Shown: one piece after another, positions 25,397-34,042 of the stretch | How the letters are laid out: each line of letters starts with the position of its first letter | Numbering within the stretch: position 1 is the first letter of the stretch | Assembly: GCA_035262825.1 (NCBI GenBank) | Contig: DATFSB010000207.1 | Coordinates: 1 to 42,794 of the forward strand | Source: Gemmatimonadales bacterium | GTDB lineage: Bacteria; Gemmatimonadota; Gemmatimonadetes; Gemmatimonadales; GWC2-71-9 | Direction: 5' to 3' | Length of the DNA stretch: 42,794 nucleotides | Position numbers and translations under genes: made by a program | Notes under the pieces: generated by a model | What the model was told of the DNA's origin: nothing | Seen by the model: only the letters and a program-made list of their open reading frames with translations | Databases searched by the model: none

Positions 25397-26376
25397 TTGA
25401 TGCCCCCCGCCGTGAGCTGCAGGAAGACGTCTTGCAGCCGCCCGCCTTCGGGCTCGAAGCTCAAGACCGGGATCTCCGCGCGCAGCAACGTGTCGAGGAC
25501 GCGATTGTTGACAAACGGATCCGCCGCGGCGGCTTCGTCCAGCTCCACCCGCAACCACCCCGGCATGCCGCTCGCCGGCAGAACCTGGCGAACAGAGGCG
25601 ATGGTGCCGAGCTCCCGCTGGGCGTCTTCCAAGGACTCGGGCGGCACGCGAATCCGCATCATGTTCTGCTCGGTGCGCCCGATGACGTCGGCCACGGTCC
25701 CGGAGGCGACACATTCTCCGGAGCTCATGATGACGACATCGTCGCACACGCTTTCCACCTCCGGCAGGAGATGGCTGCAGAGAATGACACCCGCGCTGCG
25801 CTCTTCGGCGATCTGCTGTACCAGGCCGAGCAGCTCCTGTTGCCCACGCGGGTCGAGGCCGATGGTCGGCTCGTCGAGGAACACGACCACGGGGTCGTTC
25901 ACCAGCGCGCGCGCGATGCCGATCCGTTGCCGCATGCCGTGGCTGTACGTGCTCACGAGCGAGCGGGCGCGCTGCTTGAGTCCCACCTCCTCCAGCAGCT
26001 CCATCCCCACCGCCCGGGCATCGCTCGCGGTGCGTCCGTAGAGCTGACCGAAGTAGGTCAGGTACTCGATACCGGTCATTTGCTTCGGCAACCCGAAGCT
26101 CTCGGGCAGCACCCCGATGCGGCGGCGGATCTGATCGGGATATTCGTGGCTGATCCCGTCGACGGAGAAATGACCGGCGTCGGGCTCCATGATCGTGGTC
26201 AGGATGCGGATCGAGGTCGTCTTCCCCGCGCCGTTCGGTCCGAGGAAGCCCAGCAGCCGGCCCGCTTTGAGGACGAAGGAGAGCCCCCGCAGAGCCATTC
26301 TCGGTCCGTACGATTTCTGCAGACCTTCGGCAACGAGCACTTCGGTCCGCCGCGGAGTCGTTTCACTGTAGGTCAT
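25393..26376 (-). CDS. ABC transporter ATP-binding protein (ABC-2 type) with C-terminal accessory domain, 327 aa
   Basis: Walker A GPNGAGKTT, Q-loop, signature YSHGMRQR, Walker B VVFLDEPTIGLD, H-loop CSH. Confidence 0.9.
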   Translation of the reverse strand: MTYSETTPRRTEVLVAEGLQKSYGPRMALRGLSFVLKAGRLLGFLGPNGAGKTTSIRILTTIMEPDAGHFSVDGISHEYPDQIRRRIGVLPESFGLPKQMTGIEYLTYFGQLYGRTASDARAVGMELLEEVGLKQRARSLVSTYSHGMRQRIGIARALVNDPVVVFLDEPTIGLDPRGQQELLGLVQQIAEERSAGVILCSHLLPEVESVCDDVVIMSSGECVASGTVADVIGRTEQNMMRIRVPPESLEDAQRELGTIASVRQVLPASGMPGWLRVELDEAAAADPFVNNRVLDTLLRAEIPVLSFEPEGGRLQDVFLQLTAGGIK

Positions 26377-26402
26377 AGCGGGTCACCGCTCCTTCGGGTG
26401 CG

Positions 26403-29400
26403 TCAGGGGTTTGCCAAGCTCGGCGCCGGCCCGCCGGCGCTCCGCGCGATGCCGAACCGCAGGTAGAGGCTGGGTGCCACGAACAGATTCAACAGCGTCG
26501 ACGTGATCAGACCGCCGAGGATGACGATCGCCATCGGATACTCGATTTCGTGCCCGGGCTTATCGCCGGCGATCAGCAGCGGCACGAGCGCGAGCCCGGT
26601 CGCCAAGGCCGTCATGAGAATCGGCGACAGCCGCTCGCGGGCGCCGCGCAACACCAGCGCCGGGCCGAGCGCTTCGCCTTCGAAACGCTCCAGGTGCTGG
26701 TAATGGCTCATCAGCATGATCTGGTTGCGCGCGGCGATGCCGAAGATCGTGAGGAAGCCGACCATCGACCCCAGCGAAATCACGTCGCCCGTGAAGTACA
26801 CGGCCAGCACGCCGCCGACGAGCGCGGAGGGCAGGGTCAGGAAGCCGAGCACCGCGAGCCGGGTGTTCTCGAACGAGGCGAGGAGGATCAGGAACACGCC
26901 GATCCCCGCCGCGATCGCGAAACTCAGCAGCCGGGTCTGGGCCTCGTCGCGCTCGGCGTACTCGCCCAGCACGACGGCGTGGTAGCCGAGCGGGAACTTG
27001 ATGTGCTCGAGGCGGTCGTCGACCTCATCCATCACGCCGGCCAGGTCGCTCCCGGTCACTTCGGCGCCGACGTCGATGCGGCGTGAATCGTTTTCACGGT
27101 AGATCACGCTCTGCGCCGGTACGATGCGGACGGTAGCGACGTCCCCCAGCCGCACCTGCCCGCCCTTGGGCGTGTCGATCGGCAGATTGCGGACGCTGGT
27201 GAGGCTCTGGCGGGTGGCGGGGGTGCTCCAGACGTTGACGTCGTACGCCTTGCCGTCCCGGAAAATGTCGCCCACCTCTTCCCCCGCGAGCAGCGTGCCC
27301 GACGCCCGCCGCACGTCGCCCGGTTTGAGCCCGTAGCGCTGTGCCGCGGCGAGATCGACTTCGACCTGAATCTGCGGGACCTGCGACTGCAGCTGCACGT
27401 TCAGGTCGGAGAGGCCGGCGATCCCCGCGAGCGAATCGCGCACCTCCTCCGCCTTTTCGTGGATCACGTCGAGGTTGGGTCCGTAGATCCGCACCACGAA
27501 CGTCTGACTCGAGCCCGACAGCACCTCGTCGATCCGCTCGTTGAGGTAGGTCTCGACGTTGTGGAACAGTCCGGGATAGCCGTAGACGACTCCCTCGATA
27601 CGGGAGATCGTCTCGTCGTAGTCCGCCGCCGGATCGACGCTGATCCAATTCTCCCCGAAGTTGACGCCGTTGAGCTCGTCGGCCAGCAGCGCCTGCCCGA
27701 TGTGCGAGCCGAAGTTGCGGACGCCGGGAATGGCGCGCAGCTCGCGGCTCAATCGCGTGACGATGCGCCGTTCCTCGTTCACGGAGCTGCCGGGCTTCGT
27801 GATCCAGTGGATCAGGAAATCGCGCTCCTTGAAATGGGGGAACAGCGACTCGCCGAGCAGCGGGACGATGGCGGCCCCCACCACCATGACGACGGCGGTG
27901 GCCAGGAACGCGTGCCGCGGACGCGCGACGATGCGCCGCAACGCCCGCTCGTAGATCCCCTGCAGCCACCGCACCAGAGGCTGGCGCTGGTGCTCAATGG
28001 GAGTGCGGCGCAGCAGCAGGTAGCACATCGCGGGCGTGACGGTGAGCGCGACGACCATGGATGCCAGCACCGCGAGCCCGTACGCGATCGCCATCGGCTG
28101 GAAGAAGGCGCCGGAGAGGCCGCCCATGAAGATGACGGGGATCACCACGACGGCGTCGATCAGCGTGGCGTGCACGATCGCCTGGCGCACCTCGAGCGAC
28201 GCCTCGAGGATGATGCGGGCGGTCGACAGGCTGCGCCCTTCCTGACGTGCCAGGCGCAGGCGCCGGGTGATGTTCTCGACGTCGATGATCGCGTCATCGA
28301 CCACGACGCCGATCGCGATCACGAAACCGGCCAACATCATGGTGTTGATGGTCGCCCCGCTGAGGTACAGCACCAGCGCGCCGGCCGTCAGCGACAGCGG
28401 GATGGCGACCATGCTGATCAGCGCAGTGCGCCACTGGAACAGGAAGGCGATGATCACCAGCATCACGAGGATGCAGCCGAGAATCAGGGCGTGCGACAGG
28501 TTGTCGAGCGCGACCTGAATGAAGTCCGCGGGGCGGAAAATCGTCGGATCGAGGTCGACGCCCTTCAACCCGGGGCGCAGCTCGTCGAGCGCCGCTTCCA
28601 CGCCGTGCGTGACGTCCAAGGTGTTGGCCCACGGGAACTTCTCGACGACCAGCATCAGTCCCGGACCGTCGTTGATGACGGCGTCGCCGAACAGCGGCCA
28701 CGTGTCCCATACGACGTCCGCCACATCGCTGAGTCGCAACGGAGTGCCGTCGCTCTTGCGCCGGTCCTGGATGGGCACCTGCCCGAGGTCCTCCGGCGAG
28801 GAAATGGCGAGAACGTGGCGGATGCCGAGCCGCTGGTTGGGCGTCTGGATGAAGCCGCCGGTGCCGATCACCGCTCCTTTGGAGAACTGCAGGATGCCCA
28901 CGTCGAGCGCGTCGGCGGTGACTTCCATGACCTGATCGAGCGAGACGCGCCGCTCCCGCAGCCGGTCGGGATCGACCTGCACCTGCGGCATCTTGATGCG
29001 CTCCCCCCAGATCGCCACGTTGGCGACCCCCGGCACGCCCAGCAGGCGCGCGCGGATCGTCCAATAGGAGATCATCGAGAGGTCCATCAGCGAGATGTCC
29101 TTCGACGACACGCCGATCTTCATCACGCGACCGGTCGAGGAGACCGGAGGGATGATGACCGGCGGCGCCGCCCAGGTCGGCAGCGTCGTGAGGACGTTGG
29201 TGAGACGCTCCTGCACGAGCTGCCGCGCCCGCACGACGTCGGTCCCAGGCTTGAAGAGCAGCTCGATCGACGACAGATCGGGGATCGACTTGGAGCGCAT
29301 CAGATCGAGCCGATCGAGACCGTTGAAGGCCTGCTCCAGCGGCACGGTGACCAGCGCCTCGACCTCCTCGGCGGACAGCCCGAGGCTCGGCGTCTGGACC

Positions 29401-29546
29401 TCAACCCGGGGCGGCGCAAACTCGGGGAACGCGTCCACTGGAGTGTTGGGGAGCTGGGCGATGCCATACACCATCATCGCGACGGCCCCGGCCAGCACGA
29501 TGAACCGGAACCGCAAGCTCGCGCCGACGATCGCTCGCATCATCAT
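26403..29546 (-). CDS. CzcA/CusA-like RND efflux permease (RND-1), 1047 aa
   Basis: PVDAFPEFAPPRVEVQTPSLGLSAEEVE N-terminus, TM4 AIGVVVDDAIIDVENITRRL and a 12-TM, two-large-loop layout. Confidence 0.9.
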   Translation of the reverse strand: MMMRAIVGASLRFRFIVLAGAVAMMVYGIAQLPNTPVDAFPEFAPPRVEVQTPSLGLSAEEVEALVTVPLEQAFNGLDRLDLMRSKSIPDLSSIELLFKPGTDVVRARQLVQERLTNVLTTLPTWAAPPVIIPPVSSTGRVMKIGVSSKDISLMDLSMISYWTIRARLLGVPGVANVAIWGERIKMPQVQVDPDRLRERRVSLDQVMEVTADALDVGILQFSKGAVIGTGGFIQTPNQRLGIRHVLAISSPEDLGQVPIQDRRKSDGTPLRLSDVADVVWDTWPLFGDAVINDGPGLMLVVEKFPWANTLDVTHGVEAALDELRPGLKGVDLDPTIFRPADFIQVALDNLSHALILGCILVMLVIIAFLFQWRTALISMVAIPLSLTAGALVLYLSGATINTMMLAGFVIAIGVVVDDAIIDVENITRRLRLARQEGRSLSTARIILEASLEVRQAIVHATLIDAVVVIPVIFMGGLSGAFFQPMAIAYGLAVLASMVVALTVTPAMCYLLLRRTPIEHQRQPLVRWLQGIYERALRRIVARPRHAFLATAVVMVVGAAIVPLLGESLFPHFKERDFLIHWITKPGSSVNEERRIVTRLSRELRAIPGVRNFGSHIGQALLADELNGVNFGENWISVDPAADYDETISRIEGVVYGYPGLFHNVETYLNERIDEVLSGSSQTFVVRIYGPNLDVIHEKAEEVRDSLAGIAGLSDLNVQLQSQVPQIQVEVDLAAAQRYGLKPGDVRRASGTLLAGEEVGDIFRDGKAYDVNVWSTPATRQSLTSVRNLPIDTPKGGQVRLGDVATVRIVPAQSVIYRENDSRRIDVGAEVTGSDLAGVMDEVDDRLEHIKFPLGYHAVVLGEYAERDEAQTRLLSFAIAAGIGVFLILLASFENTRLAVLGFLTLPSALVGGVLAVYFTGDVISLGSMVGFLTIFGIAARNQIMLMSHYQHLERFEGEALGPALVLRGARERLSPILMTALATGLALVPLLIAGDKPGHEIEYPMAIVILGGLITSTLLNLFVAPSLYLRFGIARSAGGPAPSLANP

Positions 29547-29989
29547 TCTTCTTCGAACTCCGATTCACTGCCGAACAGCTCGGCGGCCCCGACGGTCACG
29601 ACCGTTTCGCCGAGACCGGGACCGGTCGACAGCACCGCGAGATCGCCTGTGACCGATTCCACCGTGACCCGCGTGCGGATGTAGGTGAACGGCTCCGGGT
29701 TGGTGTACGCCCACGCCTGACCCTCCGCGTCATAGAGGATCGCGGCGTACGGGATCACCTTGCGCATCAGGCCGTTGACCGTGGACCGCCGCACACCGAC
29801 GGTTTGAATGTCGAGACGCCGGGCGGCTTCCTCGGTGAGGATGAGGCGGTTGACATCGTCGCCGGCGATCGGCTCGACCTTCACCGCCTTCGCCGTGCTC
29901 TCTTCGCTCGCCTGATTGCGACCGCACGCTACCAGCGGCAGCCAGGCGACGATCAGCGCCGCTCGCCACGCGGGTATCCGCGAACTCAT
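29543..29989 (-). CDS. Small lipoprotein resembling only the membrane-proximal part of an RND periplasmic adaptor, 148 aa
   Basis: ATG at 29989 is preceded by AGGAGG. Lipobox LPLVAC. LILTEEAARRLDIQTVGV is an MFP N-terminal strand. VIPYAAILYDAEGQAWAYT..FTYIRTRVTVESVTGDLAVLSTGPGLGETVVTVGAAELFGSE is an MFP C-terminal pattern. ATGA overlap with RND-1. Confidence 0.75.
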   Translation of the reverse strand: MSSRIPAWRAALIVAWLPLVACGRNQASEESTAKAVKVEPIAGDDVNRLILTEEAARRLDIQTVGVRRSTVNGLMRKVIPYAAILYDAEGQAWAYTNPEPFTYIRTRVTVESVTGDLAVLSTGPGLGETVVTVGAAELFGSESEFEEE

Positions 29990-30002
29990 GCGTTCCTCCT
30001 GA

Positions 30003-33000
30003 TCACGATTTAGTGACGCCCAACGCGGCAACGTCCGCCAGGCCGGCGGGTAATTCCACGTCGCCCCGTTGCGCGGCTGTGACTTGCAGTACCAGGTACA
30101 TCGAGGGCAGCACGAACAGGGAGATCAGCGTCGCGGTCACGAGGCCGCCCAGCACCACGACCACCGCGCCACGCACGACTTCGAGCCCGGGGCGGTCGCC
30201 CGCCAACAGCGTGGGAAGGAGCGCCAGGGCAGTGACTACCGCGGTCATGAGGATCGGCGCCGCGCGCTCGACCGCCCCGCGCATCACGAGCCCCGCGCCG
30301 AACGGCTCGCGACCCTCAGCTTCCAGCTGGTGATAGCGCGAGAAGAGCTGCAGGGTGTTGCGGATGGTGAAGCCGAGCACGATGAGCAATCCGACGAGCG
30401 ATCCGATGGAGATCGTGTCTCCGCGCGCGGCCGCCGCCGCGAGTCCGCCCACCAGCGCGGCCGCTGCGGTCGCGAGGCCGATCCCGGCGAGTCGCCAGCT
30501 CCCGATCGCCGCCTGCAACAGCAGCAGCATTCCAATCATGGCCGCCACCGCCAGCAGCAATGCCCGTTGATGGGCTGTCTCGCGCTCGGCGAACCCGCCG
30601 AGCACCTCCGCGTGATGCTCCAACGGCATTGGAACGGTCTGCAGGCGGGCCTCGATGTCACCAGCGACGGTGCCGAGATCGCGCCCGCGCACTCCGACGA
30701 TCACGTCGAGGTAGCGCTTCACGGCCTCGTGCCGAATTGCGCGGGCACTCGACACGATGCGGACTTGCGCCACGTCTCCCAGCCGGACGCTGCCGCCGCC
30801 AGGCGTATCGATCATCAGGTCGCGCACACTGTTGAGGCTGTGGCGCGTTGCCGGCTCCCCCCACACTACCACGTCGAAGACCTTTTGCTCTTCGAACAGA
30901 TTGCCGACCTGCAGTCCGGAAAACATCGTGGCCGCGGAACGCCGCACGTCACCGGGCTTGATGCCGTGACGCTGTGCCGCAGCGAGATCGACCTCGACCT
31001 CCAGCACCGGTTCTTGCGCCGGCTGATCCAGCCGCGCGCTGGTCACGCCTCCGACCTCGCTGACCGCTTTCGCCACAGCACCCGCCGCGGTGCGCAGCAC
31101 CGCATCGGCGTCGCCGTAGACGCGGACAACGATGGAGTCACGGGCCTGCGCGTTCAGCGGCTCCGTGCGCTCGCTGAGGTACGTCTCCACTCGCGGACGC
31201 AGGCCGGGGTAGCCATTGACCACCGTGCGGACGGCGGCGACGGTGCGATCGTAATCCGCCGTCGAATCGACGCTGACCCAAAGCTCGGCGGAATTGACGT
31301 TGACGACCTGGTCGCCGAAGATCGCCCGGCCCAGGTGTGCACCGACATTGGAGACGCCGCGGATGGACCGCAGCTCGAGGCTGACGCGTCCGGAGATGCG
31401 GCTCATCTCGGGCTGCGACGTGCCCGGGGCGCTGGTGAGATGGACCAGCAGGTCCCGCTCGGCGAACTTGGGCAACGACCCGCCGGAGCGCCCCACGAGC
31501 GGCAGCAGGGCGAATCCGACGATCAGAACCGGCGCGACAATCGCCACCGGACGCCACGGCCGCTGCAGCGTTCGCGCCAGAGCTCCTTCGTACCACGCCT
31601 GCAGCCGTCGGACGAACGGCACCTCGCGCGACGGCGCGGGCGCGCGCGGCAACAGCACGAGACCGAGGGCAGGCGTGACCGTCAGGGCGACCACCATCGA
31701 CGCCAGGACGGCGAGGACATACGAGCCCCCGAACGGGCGCCAGAACGCCGCGGGCACGCCGCCGAAGACGAGCAGCGGCAGCAGGGACAGCAGCAGGATC
31801 AACGTGGCGAACACCGCCGCACCGCGCAGCTCGGCGACGGCGGCGACGACGGCAGCCGCGGGCGATTCGCCGCGACCGTCGCGGAAGCGGCGCCGCATGG
31901 CGTCGACGTGAAGGATCGCGTCGTCGACGATCACGCCGAGTGCCATGAGCATCCCGCCAAGCACCACGACGTTGACCGTCGCACCGCGCAGATAGAGGAC
32001 CCAGGCGCCGGCAATGAACGAGGTGGCGATGGCGCTGATCGCAATCAGCGTCGCACGCCAGTCGGAGAAACCGATGGCGATCGCAATGGCCGCAAGCGCG
32101 AATCCGATGAGCGCGACCCAGCCGAGGTTGTGCAACGCCGATTCGATGAAGCCGGCGGGCCGGAAGATCGACGAATTCACCTCGAGGCCGGTCATACCGG
32201 GGCGCAGCTCGGCGAGGGCCGCTTCGACGCCGCGCGTCACATTGTGCAGATTCGCACCGGGGAAGCGGTCGACGACCAGGAGCAGGTTGGCGCTGCCGTT
32301 CGTCAGCGCGTCGCCGATGAGCGGCTGGTGTCCTTCGACTACGTCGGCCACGTCGCCCAGGCGCACGCCGGTGGCTTCGATCGGCACCTGCGCCAGACCT
32401 TCCGGCGACACGATCGGCAGGATGTGGCGGATCCCGAGCCGCTGATTGGCGTTGTCGATGAAGCCGCCGGTGCCTGGCGTCGAAGCCTCAACGAAGCTGA
32501 GCGACGAGACCCACAGCGCGTTGCCGGTGGTTTCGAGCACCTGCAGCAACGACACGCGGCGATCGTGGAGCCGTTTCGGATCGACCAGCACCTGCAGCTG
32601 GCGGTCGCGCTGCCCCCAGATGGCCACGTTCGCGACGCCTTGGACGCCGAGCAGGCGCGGAGCGATGGTCCAGCGCGCCAGGACCGACATCTGGATCGGG
32701 GACAACGTCTTCGAGGACAACCCGATCAACATGACCCGGCTCGTGGACGACATCGGCTGCAGCATTGTGGGCGGCCGGGACACGTGCGGCAGGGCAAACG
32801 CCTGGGTGAGCCGCTCCGACACCATCTGACGGGCTCGCATCAGATCCGTCCCAGGCCGGAAAGTCAGGACGATCGACGACAAGCCCGGGACCGATTCCGA
32901 ACGCAGCGACTCGAGCCACGGTACGCCATTGAGCAGGTCCTGCTCCAGCCCGAGCGTTACCAGCTGCTCCACCTCCTGGGCAGAGAGTCCCAGGGCTTCG

Positions 33001-33152
33001 GTCTGTATCTCGACGCGCGGCGGCGAGAATTCGGGCAGCACGTCGACCGGCAGCTCGCGCAGCTGCCGCACGCCGACGACGAGCAGCGCCACGGCGATGG
33101 CCACCACCGTCACGCGATACTTGGTGCTCCAGTTCACGAGCGAACCCATCAT
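30003..33152 (-). CDS. CzcA/CusA-like RND efflux permease (RND-2, paralog of RND-1), 1049 aa
   Basis: Internal ATG at 33152 (MMGSLVNWSTKYRV...) overlaps the upstream stop (ATGA). Motifs: PVDVLPEFSPPRVEIQTEALGLSAQEVE and TM4 ALGVIVDDAILHVDAMRRRF. The upstream 93 aa of the track ORF is Arg-rich junk. Confidence 0.9.
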   Translation of the reverse strand: MMGSLVNWSTKYRVTVVAIAVALLVVGVRQLRELPVDVLPEFSPPRVEIQTEALGLSAQEVEQLVTLGLEQDLLNGVPWLESLRSESVPGLSSIVLTFRPGTDLMRARQMVSERLTQAFALPHVSRPPTMLQPMSSTSRVMLIGLSSKTLSPIQMSVLARWTIAPRLLGVQGVANVAIWGQRDRQLQVLVDPKRLHDRRVSLLQVLETTGNALWVSSLSFVEASTPGTGGFIDNANQRLGIRHILPIVSPEGLAQVPIEATGVRLGDVADVVEGHQPLIGDALTNGSANLLLVVDRFPGANLHNVTRGVEAALAELRPGMTGLEVNSSIFRPAGFIESALHNLGWVALIGFALAAIAIAIGFSDWRATLIAISAIATSFIAGAWVLYLRGATVNVVVLGGMLMALGVIVDDAILHVDAMRRRFRDGRGESPAAAVVAAVAELRGAAVFATLILLLSLLPLLVFGGVPAAFWRPFGGSYVLAVLASMVVALTVTPALGLVLLPRAPAPSREVPFVRRLQAWYEGALARTLQRPWRPVAIVAPVLIVGFALLPLVGRSGGSLPKFAERDLLVHLTSAPGTSQPEMSRISGRVSLELRSIRGVSNVGAHLGRAIFGDQVVNVNSAELWVSVDSTADYDRTVAAVRTVVNGYPGLRPRVETYLSERTEPLNAQARDSIVVRVYGDADAVLRTAAGAVAKAVSEVGGVTSARLDQPAQEPVLEVEVDLAAAQRHGIKPGDVRRSAATMFSGLQVGNLFEEQKVFDVVVWGEPATRHSLNSVRDLMIDTPGGGSVRLGDVAQVRIVSSARAIRHEAVKRYLDVIVGVRGRDLGTVAGDIEARLQTVPMPLEHHAEVLGGFAERETAHQRALLLAVAAMIGMLLLLQAAIGSWRLAGIGLATAAAALVGGLAAAAARGDTISIGSLVGLLIVLGFTIRNTLQLFSRYHQLEAEGREPFGAGLVMRGAVERAAPILMTAVVTALALLPTLLAGDRPGLEVVRGAVVVVLGGLVTATLISLFVLPSMYLVLQVTAAQRGDVELPAGLADVAALGVTKS

Positions 33153-34042
33153 GGGGATGTCATCCCTTCCACTGGCGGCGTGTGCGCGTAAACGCTGCTG
33201 CTGCGTTGATAGCCACTCTGGTCCAGCTTTTTCGCTTCCATTCGCGCAGCGGCGAGCGCCTGCGCATCGAGCCGCTCGACCCGCGCGAGCTCCAGGACTT
33301 CCTGCGTTTTTTCGCCCGCGCCGCGCCACCCGACGCGGACATTGCCGGTGCCGCGGGCGTAGTACTTGAGCTGCGTCGCGTCCGGCTCGCCGGAGCTCGT
33401 CTCGGCGATCACCAGCGCGCTGTCGTAGCACGCGGCGGGGACACAGGTGCGCTGCCCCATCTGGTCGACTTGCCCACGATCAGTCCACTCGACCGCCGGT
33501 CCCCATCCTTCGGCATAGCTGGGCGTCCCGAGGCGCGGAGCGGCGGGCATCATGATTCCCGCGCTCGCCCCCTCGAGGCCGTGGATCCAGGGCCGAGCGG
33601 CGACGAATTTTCCGTCCTCGTACTCCTCCGGGTATTCCCCGAGGTACCACACCGTGCCCGTGGAGTCCTGCGCGTAGAAGGCCAGCTCCGCCTCCACCAG
33701 CTCGCCGTCGTTGAAGTCGGTGTCCCAGGTGACGGCGGTGCGCACGCCGCCGATGACCTTGGTGAGGTCGGTGACCGTGACGACGATGCGATGCGGGACT
33801 TTCTTGCCGTCGTCCTCGACCGCCGTGCCTTCGTAGACGAACCGCGTCCCCGGTGCGAGCGGCATCCAGGGGTTGTTGATGGCGCTGGGTCGGAGGAAGC
33901 GGCCGGCATCGAAGGCCGGCAGATCGGGCGTCTGCGGCGGTGCTGCCTGCGCCGTGCGATCGGGGGCCCGCCCGCAGGCGAGCGTCAGCGCCGTAGCGAC
34001 GGCGAGGGCGGCTGCTGCCGCGATCCTACAGGCGGTAGGCAT
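33149..34042 (-). CDS. Lipoprotein of unknown function, 297 aa
   Basis: ATG at 34042. Lipobox ALTLAC. NPWMPLAPGTRFVYEG...VTDLTKVIGGVRTAVTWD...AFYAQDSTGTVWYLGEYPEE. No MFP motifs were recognised. Confidence 0.7.
   Translation of the reverse strand: MPTACRIAAAAALAVATALTLACGRAPDRTAQAAPPQTPDLPAFDAGRFLRPSAINNPWMPLAPGTRFVYEGTAVEDDGKKVPHRIVVTVTDLTKVIGGVRTAVTWDTDFNDGELVEAELAFYAQDSTGTVWYLGEYPEEYEDGKFVAARPWIHGLEGASAGIMMPAAPRLGTPSYAEGWGPAVEWTDRGQVDQMGQRTCVPAACYDSALVIAETSSGEPDATQLKYYARGTGNVRVGWRGAGEKTQEVLELARVERLDAQALAAARMEAKKLDQSGYQRSSSVYAHTPPVEGMTSP

Noticed and set aside
33153-33431. N-terminal extensions of track ORFs. This one adds 93 aa to RND-2. Similar cases are 3554..3958, 4321..4503, 25397..25747, 24552..24671, 36924..37145, 4878..5138 and 42018..42308.
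   Set aside because: The extensions are Arg/Pro-rich, would overlap the upstream gene, and precede a canonical N-terminus with its own start. That start often forms an ATGA/GTGA overlap or follows a GGAGG.
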